In this document: positions 1-7,518 of the stretch, in pieces | Position numbering within the stretch: position 1 is the first letter of the stretch | Layout: each line of letters begins with the position of its first letter | Assembly (NCBI GenBank): GCA_963848135.1 | Contig: CAWKCK010000017.1 | Coordinates: forward strand, 868,001 to 898,537 | Length of the DNA: 30,537 bases | Reading direction: 5' to 3' | Source: an uncultured delta proteobacterium | Lineage (GTDB): Bacteria > Desulfobacterota > Desulfobacteria > Desulfobacterales > SG8-13 | Made by a program: the position numbers and the translations under genes | Notes under the pieces: generated by a model | What the model saw: only the letters and a program-made list of their open reading frames with translations | Database searches by the model: none | What the model was told of the DNA's origin: nothing

Positions 1-149
1 GGCAGCAAGTAGCGCTGCTCTTCAAGATAGTCAAGAATGATCTTGTCCAGTAATGAAGCGACGGTACGCCGCTCTTTCTTGGCTGCCCGCTTGAGTGCTT
101 CGCGCACTAAAATGCTCATACGGATACTGTATACGATGTCTTTTTTCAT
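1..149 (-). CDS. Ribbon-helix-helix (CopG/Arc-like) DNA-binding protein, N-terminal part; runs off the left edge
   Basis: Not in ORF track. Manual translation from ATG at 149: MKKDIVYSIRMSILVREALKRAAKKERRTVASLLDKIILDYLEEQRYLL..., which fits the RHH pattern (beta-strand YSIRM, helix, RT/S turn, second helix). Confidence 0.8.
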   Translation of the reverse strand, partial: MKKDIVYSIRMSILVREALKRAAKKERRTVASLLDKIILDYLEEQRYLL

Positions 150-158
150 AGCATCTGT

Positions 159-187
159 ATTGTATAAATATTGTATTACAATGTCAA
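159..187 (-). promoter_or_regulatory. sigma70-type promoter of the RHH gene, overlapping a palindromic operator candidate
   Basis: Minus strand TTGACA (187-182), 17 nt, TACAAT (164-159); ATG 9 nt further on. Palindrome ATTGTA-T-TACAAT at 170-182 lies in the spacer. Confidence 0.7.
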
Positions 188-344
188 TTGTTTTTTAAGT
201 GTGTGCGACAACATAATCGTCTAAGGCCATATATGAGGTTGCTATTGACCTAAAAGAGACAGTGTGGTTGAGTTGCATGAAGGATGATGACTCACGCTGC
301 AGCTGGACCGCTGAATGGTGCCCCTTCGCTAAATAAAGGATAAT

Positions 345-851
345 ATGGAAAAATCGCCCGAATCCCCGACCCCTGAGGCGCATCGGTCGAATGATAATCA
401 GGATCCTACCGAACCGAATCCGTCCAAGGACGCCGATGAAGCCGTCACCAAAGGTAGAGCGCCCGGTGAGATGGATACGGCCGCCCCACCGTCGTCCCCT
501 GTCCCCCCGGAGCAGGGAAGCCGTGATGATGCCACTGACACGCCGGATGCAGCAGCGGACGGCAAGCAGGATGCGCCTGTTCGAAATGAAAACTTAAACC
601 TCGATATGATTCTTGAAATTCCTCTGGAGATCACCGTGGAACTGGGCAGAACACAGATGCCGATCAGCAAACTGCTCCAGCTGGGACCCGGCTCAGCGGT
701 TCCTCTATCAAAACTTGAGGGCGAACCGGTCGACATCATGGCCAATGACCGGTTGATTGCCAAAGGTATCGTCCTGGTCAAGGATGAAAAATATGGCATC
801 CAAATTACGGAAATTACCGGGCGTTTGAATAGGTTACGGGGACTGCGCTGA
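345..851 (+). CDS. fliN: Flagellar motor switch protein FliN (SpoA domain) with ~80-aa low-complexity N-terminus
   Basis: C-terminal LDMILEIPLEITVELGRT...LLQLGPGSAVPLSKLEGEPVDIMANDRLIAKG...YGIQITEI is the FliN/SpoA signature; RBS AAGGA upstream. Confidence 0.88.
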   Translation: MEKSPESPTPEAHRSNDNQDPTEPNPSKDADEAVTKGRAPGEMDTAAPPSSPVPPEQGSRDDATDTPDAAADGKQDAPVRNENLNLDMILEIPLEITVELGRTQMPISKLLQLGPGSAVPLSKLEGEPVDIMANDRLIAKGIVLVKDEKYGIQITEITGRLNRLRGLR

Positions 852-966
852 CAAATAAGGATCGCAAAAATACCGCAGACGGTGGTAATCGCCGCCCGCA
901 ACGCTCACCCCCTGTTGCGTGCCCCCCCGTTGCCAATTCATTGGCCGCATCGATCGATCATCCGAT

Positions 967-2469
967 TCAGGGACGCACCGCACGCACCGCACCACAGGCA
1001 TATAAATTCTTCTGCTGTCGTCTGAAACCGTTCTCCCTGTCTGACGTCACAATCAATGCCGCCTTGTTGTACCCCTTGACAAATACTTCCGTTGTCCAAT
1101 ACCAATCCGCACTCGTCCCTGGATAATACGGACGGCTCTTGTAAAGTCCCGCCAGTTCGTTGCCAAACGGTAGACGCCAGTCACGGTAGCCGCCAGTAGT
1201 CAATTCACTCACGTATTCTTGCGCGGTACTGAAATCCTGGCACCGGCCGGTGGCCGAGTATGAGTCGAGCAAACTCCAAGTCAAGCCCGTTTTCGTATCT
1301 TTGAAGGTATCGCTGCCGTTGACCTGGTAGCGGGAGCCGGCCTGGCGCACTTGCGTCACGACCTTTTCTCTGGTGGCCTGAAACTGTTTTTGCCTCAGGG
1401 CCAGCTCCGCCTGCTGCCGCTTGCGCTGCTCCTCAATCCGGGACTGATAGAGAGAACGGTTTTGGGTCTGGAGCTGGGTCAACAATCCCTGCGCATTTTG
1501 ATCGTACTTGCTGGATGGATTCAGCCGGATATACTGCACAACGTAGTTAATTCTGTCGGGCAGACTGTAACGGCTGTTCTGGCTGTAAGCGACAACCGTC
1601 TGCCATTCACTGTTTTCTCTAATGATCCAATCCAGTTTGGCAATCTTCTCTTTAATCCGGTCGATCTGAGTGGAATCAGGGTTATCTTGCAAGTATTCGG
1701 TCAGAATTTTCTTGGCGGACTCATATTTATCACCGAGACGCTGTACCGCATGCATGACCTGGGCGACGGCTCTTTTGTCCTCCATGACAGCCTTCAGGTC
1801 ATTGACTTCCGTCGTACGGTAATTGCTTTTAAAGGATTTGAGAAAGTTGCTGCAAAGCAGAATACACCGATCCCAGTCGCTTGCCTGATCGCATTGCGGT
1901 ATCTCCCGCATTAAATGACCGTAGTACTCTTCGCTCATGTCGGCAATCAGGGCTTCGACCTGAGCTCTATGCCGTCCGTTCGGGTGTTTCAAAAGGTAAC
2001 CCAAATAGGCTTCGACCCGATTTTTGTAATCCAACTGGATCGACTCCGTAAGCCGGGCATAATCGATATTGTCGATCATCTTAGGGATTTCAGAAATTTT
2101 TAATTGAATTTCGCTGTAACGTGGGCTCTCCGGATACTTTTCCAGGAACTGGCTGTAAATGGCAATCGCAGCGCTTTCGTAGTGCCTGTCTATAGCCAAC
2201 TCAGCCACGGCGCTCATTACATCCTCGTAGTCCTGCAATTCGATGGCCTCGTTGACCTGTCGGATTTTTTCCCTGACATCATTATGGAACGCGCTATCAT
2301 CGTGGGAACTGATAAAATATTGTAGGAGGACCTTTTTATCTTCGAGGTCTTCGATGGTGCTAACCTGTTTCAACACGGATTGAAATTCCTGTTCGATTTG
2401 GCGCGTCTTCCAATAACGGGTGCCGAATATGCTCGCCCCCACAAGCACCAGAACAGCCAGAACCGCCAT
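967..2469 (-). CDS. Membrane-anchored protein with (F/Y)LxxxPxS helical repeats, coiled coil and C-terminal DUF1566/Lcl-like domain; probably the 3' half of a frameshifted gene
   Basis: N-terminal hydrophobic segment; repeats FLEKYPES, YLLKHPNG, YLQDNPDS, YIRLNPSS; C-terminal DTKTGLTW...GGYRDWRLP..EL..L...YWT...VRAVR matches DUF1566. Confidence 0.75.
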   Translation of the reverse strand: MAVLAVLVLVGASIFGTRYWKTRQIEQEFQSVLKQVSTIEDLEDKKVLLQYFISSHDDSAFHNDVREKIRQVNEAIELQDYEDVMSAVAELAIDRHYESAAIAIYSQFLEKYPESPRYSEIQLKISEIPKMIDNIDYARLTESIQLDYKNRVEAYLGYLLKHPNGRHRAQVEALIADMSEEYYGHLMREIPQCDQASDWDRCILLCSNFLKSFKSNYRTTEVNDLKAVMEDKRAVAQVMHAVQRLGDKYESAKKILTEYLQDNPDSTQIDRIKEKIAKLDWIIRENSEWQTVVAYSQNSRYSLPDRINYVVQYIRLNPSSKYDQNAQGLLTQLQTQNRSLYQSRIEEQRKRQQAELALRQKQFQATREKVVTQVRQAGSRYQVNGSDTFKDTKTGLTWSLLDSYSATGRCQDFSTAQEYVSELTTGGYRDWRLPFGNELAGLYKSRPYYPGTSADWYWTTEVFVKGYNKAALIVTSDRENGFRRQQKNLYACGAVRAVRP

Positions 2470-2503
2470 ACCAACAATCCGGACCGTCCGACCATTCGAA
2501 GGC

Positions 2504-3412
2504 TTACTTTTGGGCCTCTCGCAAGTGTTTATACCGGTCGGTGGCGGCGATATTGAGGACGGAAGCCGCCGCTGCCGGCGCCACGGTATTCTTGCCTATT
2601 TTATCATTACGAAGCCTCAGTGCTTCGATGAGAATCTCCATCAGCGGCTGATTGATTTCCACTTTGATCCCTGCCGCCGGATCTTTGATCGTGATTTCCG
2701 TATTGTCCCAGCTAATGATCTCATAAGCCGCTGATCTATTTTTCATGCTGCCGGACTCGGCGGCAATCAAATCGCCATTGAGCAGATGGAGGTATCCCAC
2801 TGCGCCGGCCGTGCTCACTTCGAGCGCGCAGGTGAGTTTCTCAAGTAGCGCCATATGCAGGAACGAGGCCAGGCTTATTCCATGAACCATCCCACCTTCA
2901 CCGCTGGAAAGGGCGTCGAAAACCTTACTGTTCAACACCCGTGTCTTGACCTGTTTCTCGAGATTTTCCGCATCCTTATCCGACAGTTTGAGAGCACAAT
3001 AGCCGAGATGAACCGTGATATTGCCTGGCTTTTTCTGCCAGGGCCACAGCGCGCCGTAGAAAAACCCGTTTTTCGCCTTACGCAGGTAGAGAACCTGCTC
3101 CTCACGGATGCCGTTCAGGTATTTAAGGGTCGCATTGAACTTCAAGGTGACCGGCATTGGTTTTCCGGCCGGCTTTTTCGGTGGTCCGAAGAACCCCTCC
3201 AACTCCTTGCCAAGGGTGCCGACATCACGGCCTTGCGAAACCGCCTGGTACAAACTGCGGGTGATGTCGTAGGGTGTTTTTTGCATGTTTGGCAGGGTGT
3301 CCAGCAACTCCACCAGAGTTAGAAAATCCCTAGTGACATTAAGAATAACCATAATATCCGTCAATTCTTTGCTGGCGGCTCGGTTTCCTGCAACGGTGCT
3401 TTGATCAACCAT
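2504..3412 (-). CDS. DUF4388 (PATAN-like) domain protein; probably the 5' half of a frameshifted gene
   Basis: GISLASFLHMALLEKLTCALEV...GYLHLLNGDLIAAE...AAYEIISW...LMEILIEALRLRND matches DUF4388. Start moved to ATG 3412 because AAGGAG lies just upstream. Confidence 0.75.
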   Translation of the reverse strand: MVDQSTVAGNRAASKELTDIMVILNVTRDFLTLVELLDTLPNMQKTPYDITRSLYQAVSQGRDVGTLGKELEGFFGPPKKPAGKPMPVTLKFNATLKYLNGIREEQVLYLRKAKNGFFYGALWPWQKKPGNITVHLGYCALKLSDKDAENLEKQVKTRVLNSKVFDALSSGEGGMVHGISLASFLHMALLEKLTCALEVSTAGAVGYLHLLNGDLIAAESGSMKNRSAAYEIISWDNTEITIKDPAAGIKVEINQPLMEILIEALRLRNDKIGKNTVAPAAAASVLNIAATDRYKHLREAQK

Positions 3413-3611
3413 GAATGCGATCTCCTTGGGAACGCGGTGATATTTTTCCAATTATGACACGTACGGGTCTTAGGATGCGCGAGGATGGCCCATGCGCAAC
3501 AGTGTCTGCTGCTGGCACACGGCGTTCGGCACCAGTTCAGTCAACGGGTATGTCTTTGAATATGTCTATTTGACGAGGCTAGGGCGGTAGGATAGCCTTT
3601 ATAAGATGTAT

Positions 3612-3676
3612 ATTTTAAACAATTTTTCGAATAGAATCAAGCAAACCTTTCCAAAACGGGAATTGGTGGGTATAGT
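3612..3676. promoter_or_regulatory. Back-to-back sigma70-like promoters for the DUF4388 gene (-) and the ACT operon (+)
   Basis: Minus: TTGATT (3640-3635), N17, TAAAAT (3617-3612). Plus: TTTCCA (3648-3653), N17, TATAGT (3671-3676). Confidence 0.45.
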
Positions 3677-3715
3677 ATTGTGTTGTTTTTCGCCGGTACT
3701 GGTTGATATTTGGGG

Positions 3716-4117
3716 ATGGAAATGCGGTGCTTGAAATTAACAGTTTTACCGGGCCATTATGCCGTTTGCCGGTTAAAAGACGACGCTGGACTTCATGAAC
3801 GGGTCCGGGATCTGAACTTTTTCGCAATTGTTCGAACGCTGGGGACTTTAACTTTGGTCTGCGATCAAAAAGTCGTTGGCGACACCGAAGAATGCGAATT
3901 AAACTGGCGGTGCCTCGAAATAGAGGGCCCGTTTGAGTTTTCCGACATCGGCATTCTGTCGCAGGTATGTGGAATTTTAGCAGACGCAGGGATAGCCGTT
4001 TTTGTCATTTCCGTTTTCGAGACCGATTATGTCCTCGTAAAAAATGCCTGTCTGGATGCGGCCCTATCAGCTCTGAAAAAAGCCGGTCACCAAGTTAATA
4101 CAGCCCCGGCAAATTGA
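3716..4117 (+). CDS. Small ACT-domain protein (ACT_7/CASTOR-like, amino-acid binding)
   Basis: LTVLPGHYAVCRL...TLVC...WRCLEIEGPFEFSDIGILSQVCGILADAGIAVFVISVFETDYVLVK is typical of this family; start could be 3716 or 3722. Confidence 0.85.
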   Translation: MEMRCLKLTVLPGHYAVCRLKDDAGLHERVRDLNFFAIVRTLGTLTLVCDQKVVGDTEECELNWRCLEIEGPFEFSDIGILSQVCGILADAGIAVFVISVFETDYVLVKNACLDAALSALKKAGHQVNTAPAN

Positions 4118-4130
4118 AAAGGAGTATGCC

Positions 4131-5708
4131 ATGAATATCACGTTCCACGGAGCCGTCCGCGAAGTTACTGGTTCCATGCACCTCCTCACCACCGAAAACG
4201 ACAGGGTCATGCTGGACTGTGGTATGTTCCAGGGTCGACGAAAAGAAAGCAACGAAAAAAACAGGATCCTGCCCTTTGACCCGCAGATCATCACCAACGT
4301 GGTATTGTCACACGCTCACATCGACCACTCGGGTAGGGTTCCCCTGTTGATGAAAAACGGATTCAACGGCCGGGTGATGTGTACCCGGGCAACAACTTCG
4401 GCCTGCCACTACCTCCTGCCTGATTCCGCGCATATCCAGGAATCCGATGCCGAATATCTAAACTACAAAACCCTGCGACAGGCTCTCTCACAAATGAAGC
4501 CCTCCAGCCGCAAAAAATTGAATGTCGGCGGCCGGATTCGGGATATCAAGAAATTGCTTAAAAAGAGCCGCCACCACCTGGATGGCAGCGTCATAAATGA
4601 TTATATCGATCGACTGCATCTCGACAAAATTGAACCCCTATACACCCGCACCGATGCCGATCTGGCCCTCAAGAATTTTGATGGATACCCTTATCGGTAC
4701 CCGGTGTCGATCGGCAAGGACATGGACTGCATGTTCTACGATGCCGGTCACATCCTGGGTTCCGCCATGAGCATGATCCAGGTGAAGGAAAACGGTCGAT
4801 CCCGAACAATTTGTTACAGCGGTGATGTCGGCCGCTTCGACAAACCGATAATCAAGGATCCGACTCTGAATTTCGAGGAGCAGCACCAGGACGTGGACCT
4901 GCTCATCATCGAAAGCACTTACGGCAACCGCACCCACGACCCTGTCGTCGATCTCAAGCCACAGCTCAAAAAAGTCCTGACGGATACGTTCAACCGGCGT
5001 GGCAGTGTGATTATCCCGTCCTTTGCGTTCGGCCGCACCCAGGAACTGCTGTACGTTTTGCACGAACTTTATGCCGAAAAGGCCGTATCTCGGATGCCAG
5101 TGTACGTAGACAGTCCGCTGGCGGTCAATATAACGAAGGTCTTTGGTGAACACCCCGAGGTTTACGACCGGGATGCGCAAGAGGATTTTTTAAAAAACGG
5201 CAAGAACCCGTTCATGTTCGATCAGGTTCACTTCGTTGCTTCGGTGGAAGAGTCGATGCGACTGAATCGTGAAAAAAAGCCCCATGTTGTCCTCTCCGCT
5301 TCCGGCATGTGTGAAGCCGGTCGGATTCTGCACCACCTCCGGCACAAGATACACAATGAAAATAATACCATCCTGGTGGTCGGTTTCATGGCTCAAAACA
5401 CATTGGGCCGTCGACTCCTGGATGAAGGCAGAGCCTATGCAATGTCGGGCAGAAGCGGAACGGCGCCGCAGGTGAAATTTCTGAACAAGGTCTATCCTCT
5501 GAACGCCCGCGTCGAAAATATCGGTGGTTTCAGCGCCCATGGCGACAAGAATGAACTTCTAAAGTTCATCAAGGCATCAAACCTGAAAGTGAAAAAAATC
5601 GCTGTGGTGCACGGGGAGGAGGATCAATCTCAGGCATTTGCAGATCAGCTGAGGCGCGAAGGTTATTCAGCCTTCGTACCCAAACGGGGTGAAACAATCA
5701 CGGTTTAA
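4131..5708 (+). CDS. MBL-fold beta-CASP metallohydrolase (YSH1/TTHA0252-type ribonuclease)
   Basis: GAVREVTGS, SHAHIDHSG (HxHxDH), AGHILGS, YSGD, IESTYG, PSFAFGRTQE, SASGM, FSAHGD, VHGE motifs; RBS AAGGAG. Confidence 0.92.
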   Translation: MNITFHGAVREVTGSMHLLTTENDRVMLDCGMFQGRRKESNEKNRILPFDPQIITNVVLSHAHIDHSGRVPLLMKNGFNGRVMCTRATTSACHYLLPDSAHIQESDAEYLNYKTLRQALSQMKPSSRKKLNVGGRIRDIKKLLKKSRHHLDGSVINDYIDRLHLDKIEPLYTRTDADLALKNFDGYPYRYPVSIGKDMDCMFYDAGHILGSAMSMIQVKENGRSRTICYSGDVGRFDKPIIKDPTLNFEEQHQDVDLLIIESTYGNRTHDPVVDLKPQLKKVLTDTFNRRGSVIIPSFAFGRTQELLYVLHELYAEKAVSRMPVYVDSPLAVNITKVFGEHPEVYDRDAQEDFLKNGKNPFMFDQVHFVASVEESMRLNREKKPHVVLSASGMCEAGRILHHLRHKIHNENNTILVVGFMAQNTLGRRLLDEGRAYAMSGRSGTAPQVKFLNKVYPLNARVENIGGFSAHGDKNELLKFIKASNLKVKKIAVVHGEEDQSQAFADQLRREGYSAFVPKRGETITV

Positions 5709-5782
5709 TCCGAATAAACGCCAGGGTCTCCTCCCCGAGGCTGAAGTAGATTCACCCACCGACCCACAGGAGTTTTGTAATT

Positions 5783-6859
5783 ATGAGCCGCTTCTTGTTA
5801 GTTGATATCGGCGCCGGTACCATGGATGTTCTTTACTACGATACCGCATCGGCACAGCACTACAAAGCGGTTGTCAAATCACCGGTGCTGACTGTGGCTG
5901 CAAAGGCGGAAAGCCTACCGGGTAATCTGGTGGTGACCGGCGTGGAAATGGGTGGCGGACCGATAACAGAAGTTCTTAAAGAACGGGCGAATACATCCGA
6001 GGTTGTAATGACCGCCGCGGCCGCGGCAACCCTCAGTCACACCCCTGACCGTATTCGTGAATGGGGCATCCAGATCATCGCAGATACCGACGTCGGAGAA
6101 TTCAAGAAAAATCCCCAATACTCACATCTGATGGTCCAAGATCTGAACGTAAAACGACTGGAAAAAATTGTAACGACATTCGGGGTTGCATTTGAATTCG
6201 ACGCGGTCGGCGTTTGTGCACAGGATCACGGTGTTCCGCCGGCTGGCGTTTCCCATCTGGCCTATCGCCACGACATCAATCGCACGGTTCTCGAAAATCA
6301 CCCCTATCCGCATGCGCTGCTCTATCGCAGCACGGAAGTTCCTAAGACGCTTAACCGGCTGACGGCCATAGCCAGGTGCGCTGAAAAATTGCCAACAGCC
6401 GAGGTGTTTGTCATGGATAGCGGTATGGCCGCCATACTCGGTGCCTCCGTGGATACACTCGCCAGTTCCAAGACAAACATCATGGTTCTGGACATCGCTA
6501 CATCCCATACAGTGGCCGCTGCCTTAACCAGCGGTGAGTTGGCCGGGTACTTCGAATATCACACGCGCGATATCACCTTGAATCGGATGGAATCGTTGCT
6601 GTGTGAACTGGCCGAAGGCAAACTAACCAATGACGACATATTGAGAGAAGGTGGGCATGGTGCCTATGTTCGTCGTCCCATCGGATTCGATACCGTCGAG
6701 ATCATTCTGGCCACCGGGCCCAAGCGACGCCTGATTGAAACGTCCCGGCTGCCGATGACACTCGGTGCACCGTGGGGAGACAATATGATGACCGGAACCG
6801 TCGGGTTGCTGGAGGCCATTCGCAGGCACAAGCGATTGGCCGTGATCGATTATCTGTAA
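5783..6859 (+). CDS. DUF1786 family protein (ASKHA/actin-like ATPase fold, function unknown)
   Basis: LLVDIGAGTMD, G.EMGGGP, AQDHG, VMDSG.AA..G, FEYHT, EGGHG, TGP.R, AP.G..MMTG..GL motifs; RBS AGGAG. Confidence 0.8.
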   Translation: MSRFLLVDIGAGTMDVLYYDTASAQHYKAVVKSPVLTVAAKAESLPGNLVVTGVEMGGGPITEVLKERANTSEVVMTAAAAATLSHTPDRIREWGIQIIADTDVGEFKKNPQYSHLMVQDLNVKRLEKIVTTFGVAFEFDAVGVCAQDHGVPPAGVSHLAYRHDINRTVLENHPYPHALLYRSTEVPKTLNRLTAIARCAEKLPTAEVFVMDSGMAAILGASVDTLASSKTNIMVLDIATSHTVAAALTSGELAGYFEYHTRDITLNRMESLLCELAEGKLTNDDILREGGHGAYVRRPIGFDTVEIILATGPKRRLIETSRLPMTLGAPWGDNMMTGTVGLLEAIRRHKRLAVIDYL

Positions 6860-7026
6860 GACCGATCGCCCGAATCATCAGCAAACCCGAGGCGCGTATC
6901 CTCTCTATATGGCAGCGAAAATATTGACCAACCATGCGTTGGCAAGCGACTGTCAGATATACAGGCTGAAGGCGTCTGACAGAAGCTGAATCCCATTCTG
7001 CTCAATCGGATCGAGAAAGGCGTGAT

Positions 7027-7503
7027 TTGAAGCTGTCCACCCGCAGTCGATACGGCACACGATTGATTCTGGACCTGGCGAAAAATTTCAAGCGAACGCC
7101 TGTTCAATTGGCCAGTATCGCTCAAAGACAGAATATTTCCGTCAAATATCTCGAACAGATCATCCGGCCTTTGAAAAATGCCGGCTACGTCACCAGCACC
7201 AGAGGACCCAGAGGCGGCCACATGCTAACCAAGAACCCTCAAGAAATTACGGTGGGCGAAATCGTGGCCCTATTGGAAGGCGGTCACGAACTGATCCGAT
7301 GCGCCGACGATCCGCACCAATGCCGGCGTGCAAACCTTTGTGCGACACGCTACGTCTGGCAGGAAGCCGCCCGGGCCATGTATGACCGCATAAATGCCAT
7401 AACCTTCGGTGACCTCCTGAACCTTGCCGATGAGCTCTGCAACGAAGATTTTAACGCCGGTTCCGAGGCGGTAGACGAAACCAGGCAGGGTTCGAAGCAC
7501 TGA
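7027..7503 (+). CDS. Rrf2-family transcriptional regulator with 3-Cys Fe-S motif
   Basis: MKLSTRSRYG...IAQRQNISVKYLEQI...STRGPRGG winged HTH; C-x6-C-x5-C; TTG start after GAAAGG. Confidence 0.92.
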   Translation: MKLSTRSRYGTRLILDLAKNFKRTPVQLASIAQRQNISVKYLEQIIRPLKNAGYVTSTRGPRGGHMLTKNPQEITVGEIVALLEGGHELIRCADDPHQCRRANLCATRYVWQEAARAMYDRINAITFGDLLNLADELCNEDFNAGSEAVDETRQGSKH

Positions 7504-7518
7504 GCGCCTGCCTGCTAA

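Noticed and set aside
890..1110. DUF1566 C-terminus as a diversity-generating retroelement variable region, with a downstream hairpin CGCAAC...GTTGCG (897-919)
   Set aside because: No template repeat and no reverse transcriptase in the window; the hairpin is more simply a terminator between convergent genes. A remote DGR cannot be excluded without a genome search.
1351..2325. Three abutting in-frame + strand ORFs (187, 62, 73 aa) suggesting stop-codon readthrough
   Set aside because: Antisense shadow of the 500-aa gene; the stops are TAA and the products have no motifs.
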